Counted from the stretch's first letter, positions 11,421-24,702 are shown. The stretch: 64,000 nucleotides of DNA from Scenedesmus sp. PABB004 (GCA_014905635.1 CM026547.1:3968001-4032000), one strand, 5' to 3'. A program made the numbers and translations. The notes: generated from the letters alone by a model not told the origin.

Positions 11421-11791
11421 CGCGCGGGCGCGCGCGCCGCGCAGCAGGGCGGGGCGGTTGGGAGGGAGTACTAGGGCGGGCGCGGGGCGAGTTGGCGCCG
11501 TGTGCTGCTCTGCGCGGCCGTGGCTCGGCAACCGAGTTGAGCAACGTCCGCCGCCGGCGGATCGGGCGGCGGCGGCCAGCGATCAGGCGCGGCCGCGCGG
11601 CCCTACACGAGCTCGACGCGACCCTGAGGCGCGCCTGGGCGCGCGGGCAGCCGGCCAGGGCGCGGCCTTGGCTGCGGCAGCGGCGCGCGCGGGCGGCCGA
11701 AAACCGTCTCGTCCCCCAGCTCGTGTCAGCTCGCGGAGACCTCGCAATCGCTTCCGCGCCGCGTCCTGAGCTATAGCGTGCGCGCCCGCAG

Positions 11792-12205
11792 CTGCACGCG
11801 GGGCGTGAGTTCTGGCTGCGCGTGGAGCCCACGCTGTCGGGCGAGGCCGGCTTCCGCGCCGCCGTCGAGGCGCTCACGGGCGCCGCGCTGGACGACGCGC
11901 CGGTCACATTCTACTGCCGGCTCGCCGCCAGCCCTGCCGCCGGCGACGTCTCCCCGCTCGTTGAGCTGCACGGTGCGCGCGCGCTGAGCGCGGCGCTGCA
12001 CTGCGCGGCGGCCACCGCGGCCGAGCGCACGCGGAGCGGCGGCGGCGACGGCAAGGGGGCTGCCGGCGACGCGGCGAGCGCGGCGGCCGCGGCGGCGCGG
12101 CCGGCAGGCGCGGGGGCGGGCGCGCGGGGCGCGGTGCGGGGCTGGCGCGCCGTGGTCGCGTGCCTGCTGCGGCTGGCGCCGGGCGCTCGCGGCACGCCCA
12201 GGTGA
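11792..12205 (+). CDS. Orphan coding-like segment, hypothetical protein; no ATG found
   Basis: LHAGREFWLRVEPTLSGEAGFRAAVEALTGAALDDAPVTFYCRL..LVELHGARALSAALHCAAATAAER has globular-like composition and GC3-biased codons. It follows an acceptor-like gcccgcag. Confidence 0.4.
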   Translation: MHAGREFWLRVEPTLSGEAGFRAAVEALTGAALDDAPVTFYCRLAASPAAGDVSPLVELHGARALSAALHCAAATAAERTRSGGGDGKGAAGDAASAAAAAARPAGAGAGARGAVRGWRAVVACLLRLAPGARGTPR

Positions 12206-12595
12206 CGCGGCCCCCGCCCCGGCCCCCGGCCCACCGCCGCGTTCGCGAGCCCCGCGCGCCGCTTGAGCGTCGCCCGCGCCACAACGCCGCTGCGCCCTGC
12301 GCCTGGCGGCGGCGAGCGCGCCACGGCCGGTGGCGACCAGCTGACCGCTCGTGACGCCGGCGCCCGACCCGGTCCCCGGCGGGCCGCGCAGCTCGCGGCC
12401 TGCTGCAGCGACCGCTGGCGCGCGGTCCTGCAAGCCGCTGGGCCCCTCAGGTCGAGCAGCACCGTCACGCCACACTCCCACGCGTGGCGGCGGGCCGGCC
12501 GGGCCGCGGGCTGGGCTGGGCGCCTGCCATCAGTAGCCGAACGCGCCGAGCGCCGCCGCTCCATGTAGCGCCGCCCAGCGCGGCTGGCACGCGCC

Positions 12596-15500
12596 ATGGA
12601 GGTGGCCATGGTGGCGAGCGATGAGGCGGACCAGCAGGTCGTGCTGGAGGAGGAGATTGACGAGAACTACGAGCCCACCGACTCGGGTGCGCTGCGCCGC
12701 AGGCGCGCGCGCGCCGCCGATCTGGCCCCGCCCCCCGCCGAGCCCGCGCCGCGCCGTGCGCAGAGATCCTGGAGTACGCCAAGTGGCTAGGCATGGACCT
12801 GGCGGGCGAGCGGGTGCGCGGCGGCGCCGGGCGAGGCGGCGCGGTGTCGTGCGCGCCGGCGGTGGCCCGCCCGCCCGCCCACGCCGCGCGCTCATCCGCG
12901 CCCGATCGCCCGCAGGAGCTGCTGTGGATAGCGAGGGAGGGCCTCAAGGCGCCCCTGCCGGACGCCTGGAAGCCCTGGTAAGCACCGCCGCGCCGCTCCG
13001 CTGCGCTGCTCCCGCGCTGCGCGCGGGCGCCCCACGCCGCCGCTGCCCTCGCGTGCGCCCCGCGCGCGCGTCGCAGCCAAGCGCCGTCCAAGGAGATCTA
13101 CTACTTCAATTTTGCGACCGGGGAGAGCATCTGGGACCACCCCTGCGACGAGCACTTCAGGTGCGGCGCGGCGCCGCGCGCGCGGCAGGCCGCGCGGGCC
13201 GCCACCACGGTCCGGGCACTGACCCACGCGCGCGCTGCGCCGCTCTCACTGCGAGCGCGCAGGGAGCTGTACCAGCAGGAGAAGTTGCGCCTGCTGGAGC
13301 GGCGGCGGCTGCAGGGCGAGGGCCAGGCGGCGCACCAGGGCCTGCTGGTGCAGCCGCCGCAGGCGCAGCAGCCAGCGCAGGCGCCGGGAGCGGGCGCGGC
13401 CGCGCAGCAGCCGCTGGCCACGTCGGCGTCTGCGGCCTCAGCGGTCTCGCACACGGCCATCGAGGTAGGGGCCGCGCGGCGTGCTCGGCGCGGCGGCGCC
13501 GCCCGCGCCGCGACCGCCCCCGAGCCCGCGCCCCCGCCGTCGCTCGCAGCCGCTGCAGCTGCCGCTGCCCTCGCCTTCGGGCACGCTGTCCACGCTGCCC
13601 AGCGCAATGACCGCCAGCAACATCGAGTCCCCAGTGGGAGGGCTGGCGCACGGCGGCGCCGCGCTCGGGAGCGAGGCGTCCAAGGTGCGCGCCGCGGGCA
13701 GCAACGTGTTGCGGCGCCCGCGCGCGGCGCGCGCGCCCGTGGCGCGCCACTCCTCGCCGCCGCCGCTGAGAGCGCGCCCGCGCAACCACAGGCGGCGGGC
13801 GGCGCGCCGCCCGCGCCCGCTCCGTCTGCCAACGGCGCGGCGCCCGCTGGCGGCGGCTGGCGCGGCGTGGCGGCGGACGCTGCGGAGCAGGAGCAGCGCC
13901 GGCTGTACGGCCAGCGGCTCGAGGAGGAGCGGCGGCTGTGGGAGGCGCAGCTCAAGCTGGACGCCGACTTCCAGCAGTCGCGCCTGCAGGACGAGCACCA
14001 GGGCCGCCTCTGGGCGCTGCAGCAGCAGCTGGGCGAGCAGGAGCGCGAGGCCGCGCGGCAGCTCAAGGCGCAGCACGACGCGCGCCTGCAGGCGCTGCGG
14101 TTGGAGCTCGAGGTGGGTGGCGGCCGCGGGCGGCGCGCGCGCGGTGGTGTCGCGGCCGCGGCGCGCCGCCGGCGGCGCGGCCGCGGCGCTGACGCCGCCG
14201 CCCGCCGCCCGCGCGCAGAGCACCGTGCAGCAGCAGGGCCGCGAGCTGGAGGACGCCAAGCAGCGCCACGCGGCGAGCATGGCGCAGCTGCACGCGGAGC
14301 AGGCCAGCGCCGAGGCGGGCGCGGCGGCGCTGCTGCAGCAGGCGCAGCGCCGGCTGTCCGCCTCGGCGCTGAGCGAGGGCGAGGTGGCGGTCGCGCGCGA
14401 GAAGGCCGCGGCGGCGGTGGAGGTCGAGGCCCTGGTCGGCGCGGCGGGCAGGAAGGCGGAGCTGCTCCAGGCGGCCCTGGTCAAGGTGGAGCAGGAGGTG
14501 CGCGGCACGCGCGCCGCCGTGCGGCGCTGGCGTGTGGCGGGCGCCAGCGAGCGGTCACCACCTCGCCGGTCACTCCCCCTCCCCCTCCGCGCTGCCCGCC
14601 GCCGCCGCGCCCAGGTGGCCGCCGAGGCGGCGGCCTATCGCGCCACGCGCCGCGCGGCGGCGCTGCGGGAGCTGGCGGGGCAGCTCGACGCCGAGACGGC
14701 CGCCGCCGCGGAGCAGCTCGAGCGCCAGGCCGCGGAGCTGCAGCGCCTCAACGCGGCCGTGGCGGACAAGGCCGCCGTGCTGCAGCGGCTCGCCGACGAG
14801 CTCGACGCGCGCGCGGCGCACGAGCAGGGCGGCGGCGGCGCCGCCGACGCGCTCGCTGCGCAGGCGGCGCGCTGCCGCGACCAGCTGTCCAGAGTGCAGC
14901 AGGAGCTGCAGACGGGCCAGAAGCAGCTGGACAGCGCCGATGCGGCGCTGGCGTCGCGGCGCGCCGCGGTCGCAGAGGCGGAGGAGCAGCTGGCCGCGGT
15001 CAAGCGCGACATCAGCGTGTGCGAGCCGCGCCTCGCGGGCCTGCGCCAGCAGCTGCAGGAGGCGGAGCGCGGCATCCGCGCGCGCGAGGCCGAGCACCAG
15101 GTGCGCCGCGCCGCCCGGGCGCGAGCGCGCGCAGCGCCGGCGCGCGGCGCCGGCCTGCCGCGCGGCCCGGGCCGCTGCGCCGCCCACCCGCGCGCGCGCG
15201 CCGCGCAGAGCCGCGCGGGCGACCTCGCGCTCGCGACGCGCCGCCTGGGCGAGCTGCGCGAGGAGGTGGCGCGGCGGCAGAGCCAGCTGGACGCCGTCGA
15301 CGCACTCTACGCGGAGCGCCAGGACTCGCTGCGCCACGCGGCGGCCGAGCTCGCGCGGCGGCGCGGCGAGCTCAGCACGCTGGAGAGCGGGCTCAGCGAC
15401 ACGCTGCGGCGCAAGGCGGACGCCGAGTACCAAGCCCTGGAGGAGCAGCTGCGGCGGTGCGGCGGCGGCGGCGGCGGTGGTGGTGGTGGGGGGTCTCAGC

Positions 15501-18042
15501 GGCGCGGCCGCCGTAGCGCCGCGCGCGCACGCCCGCTGCGCAGCGCGGCGGCCTGTCGGCGACAGCACGCGCTCGCCGCGCCCGCTGCCCCGCAGGACGC
15601 GCAAGGCCGCCGCGGAGGCCGCCGCGGAGCTGGCGGCGCGGCAGGTCGGGCTGTCGACCACCACCAGCCAGCTCGCCGCGAGCAGCGCGCAGCTGGAGAA
15701 CGTGGAGGCCTCGCTCGCTGCCAAGCGGCGCGAGCTGAGCGACGTGCTGGCGCAGCTGCAGGCCGCAGCAGCGCAGGAGTTCCAGGACGCCAGGCGCCTG
15801 CTGCTGGACGAGGGTGCGCCGCCGCCGCCCCGCCGCTGCCGGCAGCGGCAGCCAGCGGGCGCCGCCCACACACGCCGCGCCGTCCGCTGACGTGCCCGCC
15901 GCCGCCGCCGCCGCCGCCGCGCAGAGGCGCGGCTGCTGGAGCACGAGCGCCGCGCCATGCCGGCGCGCGTGCAGGATGTGCTGGAGGCGGAGCAGCGCGC
16001 CGCGCTCGCCGCGGGGCGCCGCCGCATCGAGCGTGAGGTGGCAGCGCAGCTGGCGGGCGAGCAGGCGTCGCTGCTGGCGCACCGCCAGGTGCGCACGGGG
16101 GCCACCGCCGCGCAGCTGCGGGGCCGCGTCGCCAACGTTTGCGCTGCGTGTGCCGCCGCCGACGCAGGAGCAGGTGCGGCCGTGGCTGGAGGTGGACGCT
16201 CCCGCAGGCCCCAGCGGCGACGCACCCGTGGCAGGCGCCGGTGTTGCTGCCATGGTCGTGGGCGCGCCGCCTGCGCAGCGGCCGCTGCAGCCGGCGCAGC
16301 AGCACGAGCAGGCGCAGGCCGAGCGCAGCCGCCCGGGCAGCACCAGGAGCGTGCCCGACCAGCTGCTCGGCCTGTCGCTGGACAGCACCGTGGACGCCGC
16401 GGCCGCCGCGGCCGCCGCGCAACGGCGCTCGCGCAGCCTCAGCCCGGGGGTCGGCAGGCGCTCCGAGCGTCGGTGCGCTCGGGCGTGGCGTCGTCGGCCG
16501 AGTGCTCGCCCGCCGCGGCGGTGGCGCCGGAGCAGCTGCTGCAGCAGCTCGGCCTGGGCGCCGGCGGCGCACAGGCCGGCGCCGAGGCCGTGGCCGCGGC
16601 GGTGCAGGGGCAGCTGCAGGCGCTGGCCGCCACGCGCTCGCTCGGTGAGCGGACGGCTGCGGACGCGGGCGCACGCCAGGGGCCGCGGGCCGCGCCAGCA
16701 GGGTCTCCTCTCACGCGCCGCGCCGGCGTCGCAGGCGGCGACGATGCGGGGCGCTGGGCGCGCGTGCTGTCAGAGGTCAACGCCCAGGCCGAGCCGCCGG
16801 CCGTCAACGGCTGGCAGCAGGCCGCCAAGGTGGGGGGGGGGTGTGGGGGCGGGGTGCGCGGGGCGGGTGTGCGGGTCGTGCGCGGGCCCCGCCCGCGGCC
16901 GGCGGCGGCGCGGCCCGAGCCCCTGCGCGCGCCCCACCCCGCAGGAGCCGCCCAGCCCGCAGCTTGCGGCCTTCAGCAGCCTGCTGCAGCACGCCAAGGC
17001 GTTTGTGCGCCAGCGCCGCCGCGAGATCCAGGCGCGCCAGGCCGCGGTGCTGGCGGCGCAGGCAGACTGGCGCGCGGCGCTCGCGGCAGTCGAGGCGCAG
17101 GCGGCGGAGCAGGGCGGCGGCGACGGCGACGCGGCGGCGGCGGTGCAGCAGCTGCGCGCGCTCAAGCAGGTGCTGCAGGACCAGATCCACCACCTCAACG
17201 ACGAGACGCGGCAGGTCAAGGCGCTCAAGGCGCAGGTGGCGCAGCTCGACGGCCACGTCGACGCCCTGCAGCGCCGCGACAGCGCGGCGTCCGACCCGCT
17301 GGCCGCGCTGCTGGGCGTGGCCCAGCAGCAGCCGCAGCAGCAGCAGCAGCACCAGCACCAGCACCACCCCGCGCCCGGCCAGCACGCCGCGCGGCGCGGC
17401 TCGGGCGTGGCCGTCACGCCGTCGCCGCCGCTGGCGCGCGGCGTGCAGCAGCTGCCGCCGCTGCTGGCGGCCGCGGCGGCTGCGCCGCCGCAGCGAGAGT
17501 CGTCGCTCGACCGCGTGGCCGCGGCGCTGCAGCAGGCGCTCGCCACGGCGAGCGCCGTGCCCGCCGCGCAGCCCGGCAGCCGGCGCGCCACCATCAGCAG
17601 CAGCGGCTCCTGGCGCGCCGGCGCCGCGCGCGCGCTCGGCGCGGAGCTCGCGGCGCCCGCCGCCGACGGCGGCTACGAGCGCGACGGCGCGGTGGGTGTG
17701 CCTCCTGGAGGGGGGGGGGGGCTGGCCAGCGCGGCCCGCCGCCCGCCGCCCGACTGACCCGCCTCCCGCCGACCCCGCCGCCGCCGCCGCCGCCGCTGTG
17801 CGCAGGCGGTGCTGGACCGGGCCCGCGGCCAGCGCGCCGCCGCGTCGGGCGTCATGGCGCAGCACTCAAACTGGCTCGCGAGCTTCCGCGAGCAGGTCGC
17901 CAGCGTCGCCGCGTGCTCCGGCGGCGCCGCGACGTCCTCGCCGCCCTCGAGCGCGGCGGCCGTGCGGCAGGGCGCGCCGCGCACGCTCGACCTGGGCGGC
18001 GGGCAGCAGCTCGTGATCTCGCTGGTGCAGAAGACGGCCTGA
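12596..18042 (+). CDS. CEP164: CEP164-like WW-domain coiled-coil centriolar protein (apparent 1-nt frameshift at 16446-16450)
   Basis: The N-terminus [28 protein letters not shown]..|[21 protein letters not shown]|..[30 protein letters not shown] is the CEP164 signature. Long E/Q/A/L/R coiled-coil exons follow. Confidence 0.85.
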
Positions 18043-19150
18043 GGGGTAATCGGGCGTGTGCTTTGCGCGCTTTGATTGTCTGTCTTTGAAGAGGGGGCGC
18101 GGCGCGCCGGGCGCGGTCCCCCCCCTGCGGGGCTCTGCGCGACCGCCCGGTGGCCGACCTGCACCCGCACCAGCTCCGCGGCGGCGGCGACGCCCAGCAG
18201 GGCCGCGCCGGGCACGTCGCGCGGCGGCGCGCTGCCGCGCCCCGGCTCGGCGGCGGGCGCGGCGCTCGCGGCGGCCGGCGCCGACGCGGCGCGCAAGGCC
18301 GCCGCCGCCGGCGCGTGCGGCGGGAGCAGCCTGCGGCTGCAGTCGCAGCCGCAGCCCGAGGGCGGCGGCCCTGCGACATGAGAAGAAGAGGGGCCGGGGT
18401 AAGCGGGCGCGTCGGTCGGTTGTCGCGGCGCGGCGGCGAAGGTTTTGCGGCGCGGCGCGCGAGCCAGGCCCCCCGCCGCGGCCGCTGGCAGCCAGAGCCG
18501 CAGCGAGCCTCCCCCGCACACGCCGTCGGGGGGCCCCGGGCGCGCCGAGCAGCAGGCCAACCCCCGGAGCCGTTGTGTGACCCGCGGCGTGGCGCGGGAT
18601 AGAGCCGTCACCTCGGTCGCTGCGCGGGACGCGGGAGCGGCCGGCGCCCCCGCGCCTTTTCGCGCGCGGCCTCCTCGCGGGTGCGCTGACCGACTGCCTG
18701 GCGCCGCAGCGCCCCGCCAGGACGCACCCTGGTGGTGGCGGGCAGGGCTGGGGATTGGCGGGCGGGCGCGGCGGGGGCGCAGCAGCTGCCAGGGCTGGCG
18801 GGCCGCGGTGTCGGGCCGCGCCTGCGCCGGGAACGGCGCCACCGGGCGGCCGCGCCGCGGGCCCAGTCGGCGGCGACGAGCCCCCGGCTGCGCGGCGCCG
18901 GCCCGCCGCGATTGGGGCCGCGCCGGCCCGCCCGCTGTTGCGCGGCGCGGGCGCCCGCCGTGCCGCCGCCGTGCCGCGGCCGGCGCGGCGCGGGCGGGCC
19001 GGCGTCCGGGCCAGAATTCGGGCCAGCCTCCGCCTGCGGCGCACGCCGCTCGCCGGCTGCCGCCGCCGCGCCGACGCCGCGCTGCGCTGCGCCGCCGCGC
19101 GCAGGCGCGGCAGCGACCGCCGCGGCCGGCGGCGAGGCGGCGCGCCCGCC

Positions 19151-21153
19151 ATGGGCAACGCGCTGTCGGCGCCGCCGGGCTGCGCCGGCGGCGGCGCCCG
19201 GGCGGGCGGGGACCCGGGCAAGGAGCTGCTGCGCTGCGCCGAGGTCGGCGACGCGGGGCTCGTTGCGTGCATCCTCGCCGGCGACGCCCAGTTTGTCGCG
19301 CACACGAGCGTGTTTGGCGGCAACACCGCGTGGCACAAGGCGGCCAAGGCGGGCCGGTGCCAGGTGCTCGAGGCGATGGAGGCGGTCGTGGCGGCGCAGT
19401 TTGCGCCCGCCGGCGGCGCCGCGGGCGCGCTGCGCGGCCGCGCGGCGCTGCTGCGCCGCCATGGCGCGAGCCCGGCCGAGGTGGTGCGGCGCCTGGTGAA
19501 CCGCGCCAACGTCAAGGGCGTCACGCCGCTCATGCTCGCGGCCGCGGGGCGGCACACCGCCTGCGTCGCGTGGCTGCTCAAGCACGGTGCGCGCGGGGCG
19601 CCGGCCGGGCGCGGCCCGAGGGGAGCCAGCAGCGCGCGCCTGCGCGCCCGGGCGCCGCGCCGCCGCGACGCCCGCCGCCGCCGTCGTACCGCGCAGGCGC
19701 CGACGTGTGGCGCCACGACCGGCTGCGGCGCCACACCGCGCTGCACTGCGCCGCCCAGGCGGGCGCGGCGGACGCGGTGCGCCTCATCCTGGCCGCCGCG
19801 GGCGCGGCGGTGCACCCGAGCAACGGCAAGACGTGAGCAGCGCGCCCGCGCGTGCCCGCCCCCCGGCCGCCGCGCGCGCCGCTGCCCGCGGCCGCCGACC
19901 GCCTGCGGCCGACCGCCGCGTGCGCGCGCGCGCGCGCGCAGGCTGCTGGAGCAGGGCAACCACGCGGGGCTGACGGCGCTGCACTACGCGGTGCACTGCG
20001 AGCAGCTCGACGTCATGCACCAGCTCCTCGCCGCCGACGCCGACGCGGCGGCGCAGGCCGAGTTCCCAGACCTCGACTGGGGCGCGGTCAACGCGGGCGA
20101 CACGCCCATGCACGTCGCCGCCGCCAAGGGCTGCATCGACGCCATCCACATCCTGCTCCGTGCATACGTGCGTGTGTGTGGGGGGGGGGGGGGGGGGGAG
20201 GGGGCTGCGCGCGGACGCGCGCGCAGAGCCCGCGCGGGGCCGCGCCGAGGCCGCGCCGACCCGCGCCGCCGCGCAGAACGAGCGCTCCGGCGCGCTGGTC
20301 CCGGGGTCGGCGCTGCCGCGGCGGCTGCGCGACCCGCGCGCGATGCGCAACGACTACGGCCGCCTGCCCTATCACCTGGCCATGCGCAAGGGCTTCACCT
20401 GGCTGGCAGACCTGCTCGACCCCAGCACGCCCGTCCGGTGCGGGCGGCGTACCCTGACGGCGCAGCGCCGCAGCCCGCCGGGCCGCCGCTGGCTCGTGGG
20501 CTCACGCCGCGCGCGCCCTGCGGCCGGCGCCGGCGCGCAGGTTCCTGCTGTCGGGGAGCAGCTGGACACGCACACCACGTGGGGCCCGCCGCGCCTGGCG
20601 ACGATCGCGGCCGCGGTGCTGCACCGCTCGCTGGTCGCCGACCTGGCGGCCATCAAGGAGCTGGAGGCGACGGCGGCGGTGCAGGTGACAGCGCCGGCGC
20701 CGCCCGGCGGCAAGGCGGCCGCGGACGCAGCAGCCCCCGCAGCAGCTCCAGCGGCCCCGGCGGCCCCGGCGGTGGCCGCCGAGGAGACGCCGGCGGAGCA
20801 GGAGGCTGCGGCAGCAGTGGAGCTCGCGCCGGAGCCCAGCGGTTCAGACAGCGTCGCGTCGCGGCGGGAGGAGGGCGACGACGGCGGCGGCGACGCCGCG
20901 GCCGCTGGCAGGCGCCGCTGGGCGCGCGGGGGCGGCCACAGGCGCAGCAACAGCGCCGGCTCGAGCGCGTGGGCCAGCGGGCGCGCGGCGGTCGCGGCGG
21001 CGGTCGCGGCGGCCGCGGCGGTGGCGGGCGAGCTGCCCAGCCGCCCGCCCAGCCGGCGCACGCCGCACAGCCGGCGCGGCAGCCGGGGCGCGGGCGAGCT
21101 CGGCGTGCCGCCCAGCCCGCTGTCGCCGCGGCAGCTGGTGTCGGCGATGCTGG

Positions 21154-21184
<31 letters not shown>

Positions 21185-21959
21185 GCAGCAGGAGCAGGCG
21201 GGCGCGTGTGCCGAGCAGCTGGGCGCGCTCGACGACGAGCTCTGCCCCGTCAGCCCCAAGCCCCTCGGCCTGGGCGAGGCGCCGCCGCCGCCCTCGCCGC
21301 ACGGCGAGCACGGGCGGGGCTGGGCGACGCCCCCGGCGCCGGCGTCGCCGCCGCTCGCGCCGGCGTCGGCGCCGCGCGACGCCGACAGCAGCGGCAGCTT
21401 CTGCAGCGCGCTGGAGACCGACGCGGGCTGGGAGGAGCCGCTGCTGCTGGAGTCGCTGCTGCCGCGCGCGGCGGCACGGCCCGCCGCCAGCCCCGGGCGC
21501 CCGACGCCAGCGGAGCAGCAGCAGCCCGAGCCGCTGCTGCGCCTGGGCAGCAGCGTCAGCGACGCGCAGCCCGGCGCCGCGGCGCCGGCGCCCGCGGAGG
21601 CGCCGCACGGCAGTCTGCTGGACGCCATGGTCGCGCAGGCGCGCTGGGGCGGCGGCGGCAGCGAGCTGCTGGGCGAGGATGAGCTGACCTGCGGCGTGTG
21701 CCTCGACGCGCTGCCCTCCGCGAGCATCACGCCCTGCGGCCACGTCATGTGCGGTGAGTCGCGCCAGCGGGGCGGGGCAGGGCCGTCTGCACCGCCGCGC
21801 CGCCGCGCCGCCGCGCCACGCGGCGCCGCCGCGCCCGCAGCCGACTGCGCTGGCGACATGTGCGAGCGCGCCTCGCTCGCGGCGGCGCTGTGCCCCTTCT
21901 GCCGCTGCGTGATCCGGGGCTTCGCGCCAACGCACGTGCGCCACCTGGCGCCACGCTGA
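19151..21959 (+). CDS. Ankyrin-repeat RING-HC E3 ubiquitin ligase (XBAT-like), probably N-myristoylated (apparent frameshift at 20553-20556)
   Basis: Starts MGNALS. Ankyrin repeats GNTAWHKAAKAG, GVTPLMLAAAG, TALHCAAQAG, GLTALHYAV, GDTPMHVAAAKG. C-terminal CGVCLD..PCGHVMC|ADC..CPFCR. Confidence 0.88.
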
Positions 21960-22893
21960 GCCCGGCGGGCAGCAGCACTTGCCTTGTACCGCACTGTTTG
22001 CGAGCGATTGTTTGGGCGTAGTCCTGGCGCCGCCGCACACGCAGCGGCACGCCATGCGGCCGCACCGCGTGGGGCGCGACACGGGCGTCGCGTGTGAATT
22101 GCCGGGGCGCGGGGCCGCCGGCGGGCCCGGGCGGCTGGGGGCGCTGTCCCCGCCCCGCCCCCGCCGTGCCGCCGCGCCCCCGGGATTGTGTGGGCGCAGC
22201 AGCAGCGCTGCGCCGCCCTCTCCGCTGCAGGCGCGCAGCTGCAGCGCGCGCCGGCACAGCGCGGCAAGCGGCGGCGGTCTGCGTGTGTCTGTGTGTGTAC
22301 ATCCCTCTCTCGTGTGCGCCGCGCGCGTGTGCGTGTGTGCGCGTGTGCGTCCCCAGCGGCCTTGTGTCGCTCTGTGTGCAGCCCTGCCACCCTCACATGT
22401 GCGTACGACCGAGCCCCACGCGCCACGGGCGTGCACGGCTCGCGGCCTGGCCCGGCCCCAGACCCAGTGGGGGCTGGCGCGCGCGCCCGGCGGCGGGCCC
22501 GGCCCGCCGCCGCTGGCGCGCCGCCCATTTCATCCGGCAGCCCGCGGCGACGTCGCCGCGGCTGAGCCCCTGCTCCCGGCCCCGGCGGCGCCCCCCAGCG
22601 AGCGCGGCCCGCCTGACAGCGTCCCGCCAGTGCAGGGCGCGGGCGGCGCGCGCTGCGAGGGGCGCGCGCGAGCACTGCGCAGGACGGCGCGCGCTGCACT
22701 CTCTGCAGGTGGAGGGGGAGAGGGGGCAGACACACCCAGGGAGGGGGAAGGGGGCTTTTTCGTGCCTGCAGGAGGGGGACCTGTCGCTGTCGCTGTCGGC
22801 GGAAAAATCTTGCCTGCCTGCGTGCTGTGCCTGCAGCAGCGTTGCGAGGGGGGCCGCCCGGTAATCGCAGCGGCGCCGTGCACGTCGCGCCGC

Positions 22894-22898
22894 TTACA
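22894..22898 (-). promoter_or_regulatory. TGTAA poly(A) signal for RPL13a
   Basis: TTACA on the + strand, ~120 nt past the RPL13a stop. Confidence 0.65.
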
Positions 22899-23020
22899 AG
22901 CCGCCCGCTGGCAGCGCCTGCTGCGCGCGCTGCCGCCGCTGCGCGGCCTCCTCCTTCTCCTCCCCCAGCCCGGCCCCGCCCCGCGCGGGCCGCGGCCGGC
23001 GTGCTTTGCAGCTCGCCGGC

Positions 23021-24294
23021 TCACGCCGTCTGCGCGGCGGCCTTGGCCTTGAGCACGAGGGTCTTCTTCTTGGCCGCGTAGTAGACGGCGGCCTTGGCCT
23101 TGCGCTTCTCCTCCAGCGCCGCCAGGGCGTCCTGGTGCTTCCAGCCGACCTGCGGCCGCGGCGGCGGCGGCGGCGGCGGCTCAGCGGGCGCGCGAGCCGC
23201 GGCCGTCGCCTCGCCGCCGGCGCCCCCCCCCCCCCCCCCCCCGCCCGCCTGGCCCCCGCCGGCCGCGCGGCGCCGCACCGACTGCGCCAGGTTGCCGAGC
23301 TTGCAGAAGCGGTGGCCGTGCTGGAGGCGCAGCACCTGCAGCGCGTCGGGCACCACGAGGCGCTTCACGCGGTCGTAGGGCGGCGGCACGCCCTCAAAGC
23401 ACTTGAGGCGCTCCAGGGCAGCGGCGCCGCGCGCGGTCTTGTGGGGCACCATGCTGCGGCGCGAGCGGGGGCGCGGGCGGGGGGCAGGGGGCGGTGAGCG
23501 CGCGCGCGCGCCGGCTTCCGTTGCTGCGCGCGCGGCCTCCCCGCCTGCCGCTGCTGCGCCTGCGCCCGCTGCGCCGCCGCGTGCGCTGTTCGCCAGCCCT
23601 CCCGCTCGCGCCAGGCCTGGCTGCAGCCGCCCGCCGCTCCAGCTCCTGCTGCTGCCACCGCGCTGCCGCCGCTGCCCTGCCGCCGCTGCCCGGCCGCCCG
23701 CCCGCTCGCCGCCCGGCCGCCGCCTCGCCGCCGCTGGCGCGGCGCGCTGGTGCTCACCCGCGCACGGTGCGCCAGAAGATGCGGGAGGGCGCGCGGAAGT
23801 GCCACGCGCCGGCGCGGTTGGGGTTGGTGTTGTGCTTCTTGCGCAGGAAGCGCTCGTACTTGGCCTTCTGGCGCACGAGGCCGCCGGAGATGCTGATCTC
23901 CTCGCAGCGCACCACCACCTGCGCGGGGGCGACGCGCGTCCGCCGCTCAGCCGCCGCGGGCGGCGCCGGCGCCGGCTGCTGCTGCCGCCGCCGGCGGGGG
24001 CGCCGCGCGCCGCCGCGGCGCCGCCGCGCCGCCGGCCGGGCAGCCCCCGCGCCCGGGGCCTCCGGTGCGCCCTCCCCCGCCGCCCGGGGCGGCCCGCGCG
24101 GGCCCTCACAATCTGGAAGCCCGACAGGATCTGCTTGGCCACCACGGACGCCAGGCGGCCCAGCATGTGGGCCCGCGCGTCGATGACGATTGTCTGCGGC
24201 GCCGCCGCGGCGCACGGGCGTGAGGCCCCGCGCCCGCCGGCCGCGCCCCCGCCCCCGCCCGCCGGCGGCTCGGTCCGGGCCGCACCTTCGGCAT
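23021..24294 (-). CDS. RPL13A: 60S ribosomal protein L13a (uL13), 5 exons
   Basis: [100 protein letters not shown]..|VGWKHQD. Confidence 0.97.
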
Positions 24295-24702
24295 CTTGGC
24301 TGCGCTCCCAGCGTCCACGGCAACGCCTGGGGAAAGAGGGAGGCGCAGGCGCGGCGCGAGCGCAAAAGCTGGGCGAGGCTCGCGCGGTTTAGCGCTGCTG
24401 CTGCTGCTTGAGGACAGCTGCCGCCCTGCGTGAGCGGTCAGTCACCTGCGGCCTGACGCGCTGCTGCGGGGGCGCCAGCGAGGCCCCCCGCGTGCGCTGC
24501 CGCTGCTGGCGGCCGGCGTGATGGTGCGGGTTGCGCGGCTCTCGCGCGCAGGGACGGATTCACAGCGCGCCCGGCGCCTGACACGACGCATGCCGCGCCG
24601 CGCACGCGCACGCGCCCAGTCGCCGCCGCCGCCAGCGCTTGCGCACGCCGCCCAGGTCACGCCCCCAGCAGAGCAGAGCACCCCCCTGGTCACGCCCAGC
24701 CC

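Noticed and set aside
18076..18381. Small ORF or possible extra exon after the CEP164 stop
   Set aside because: Non-ATG start, low-complexity peptide and no convincing in-frame donor. Likely 3' UTR.
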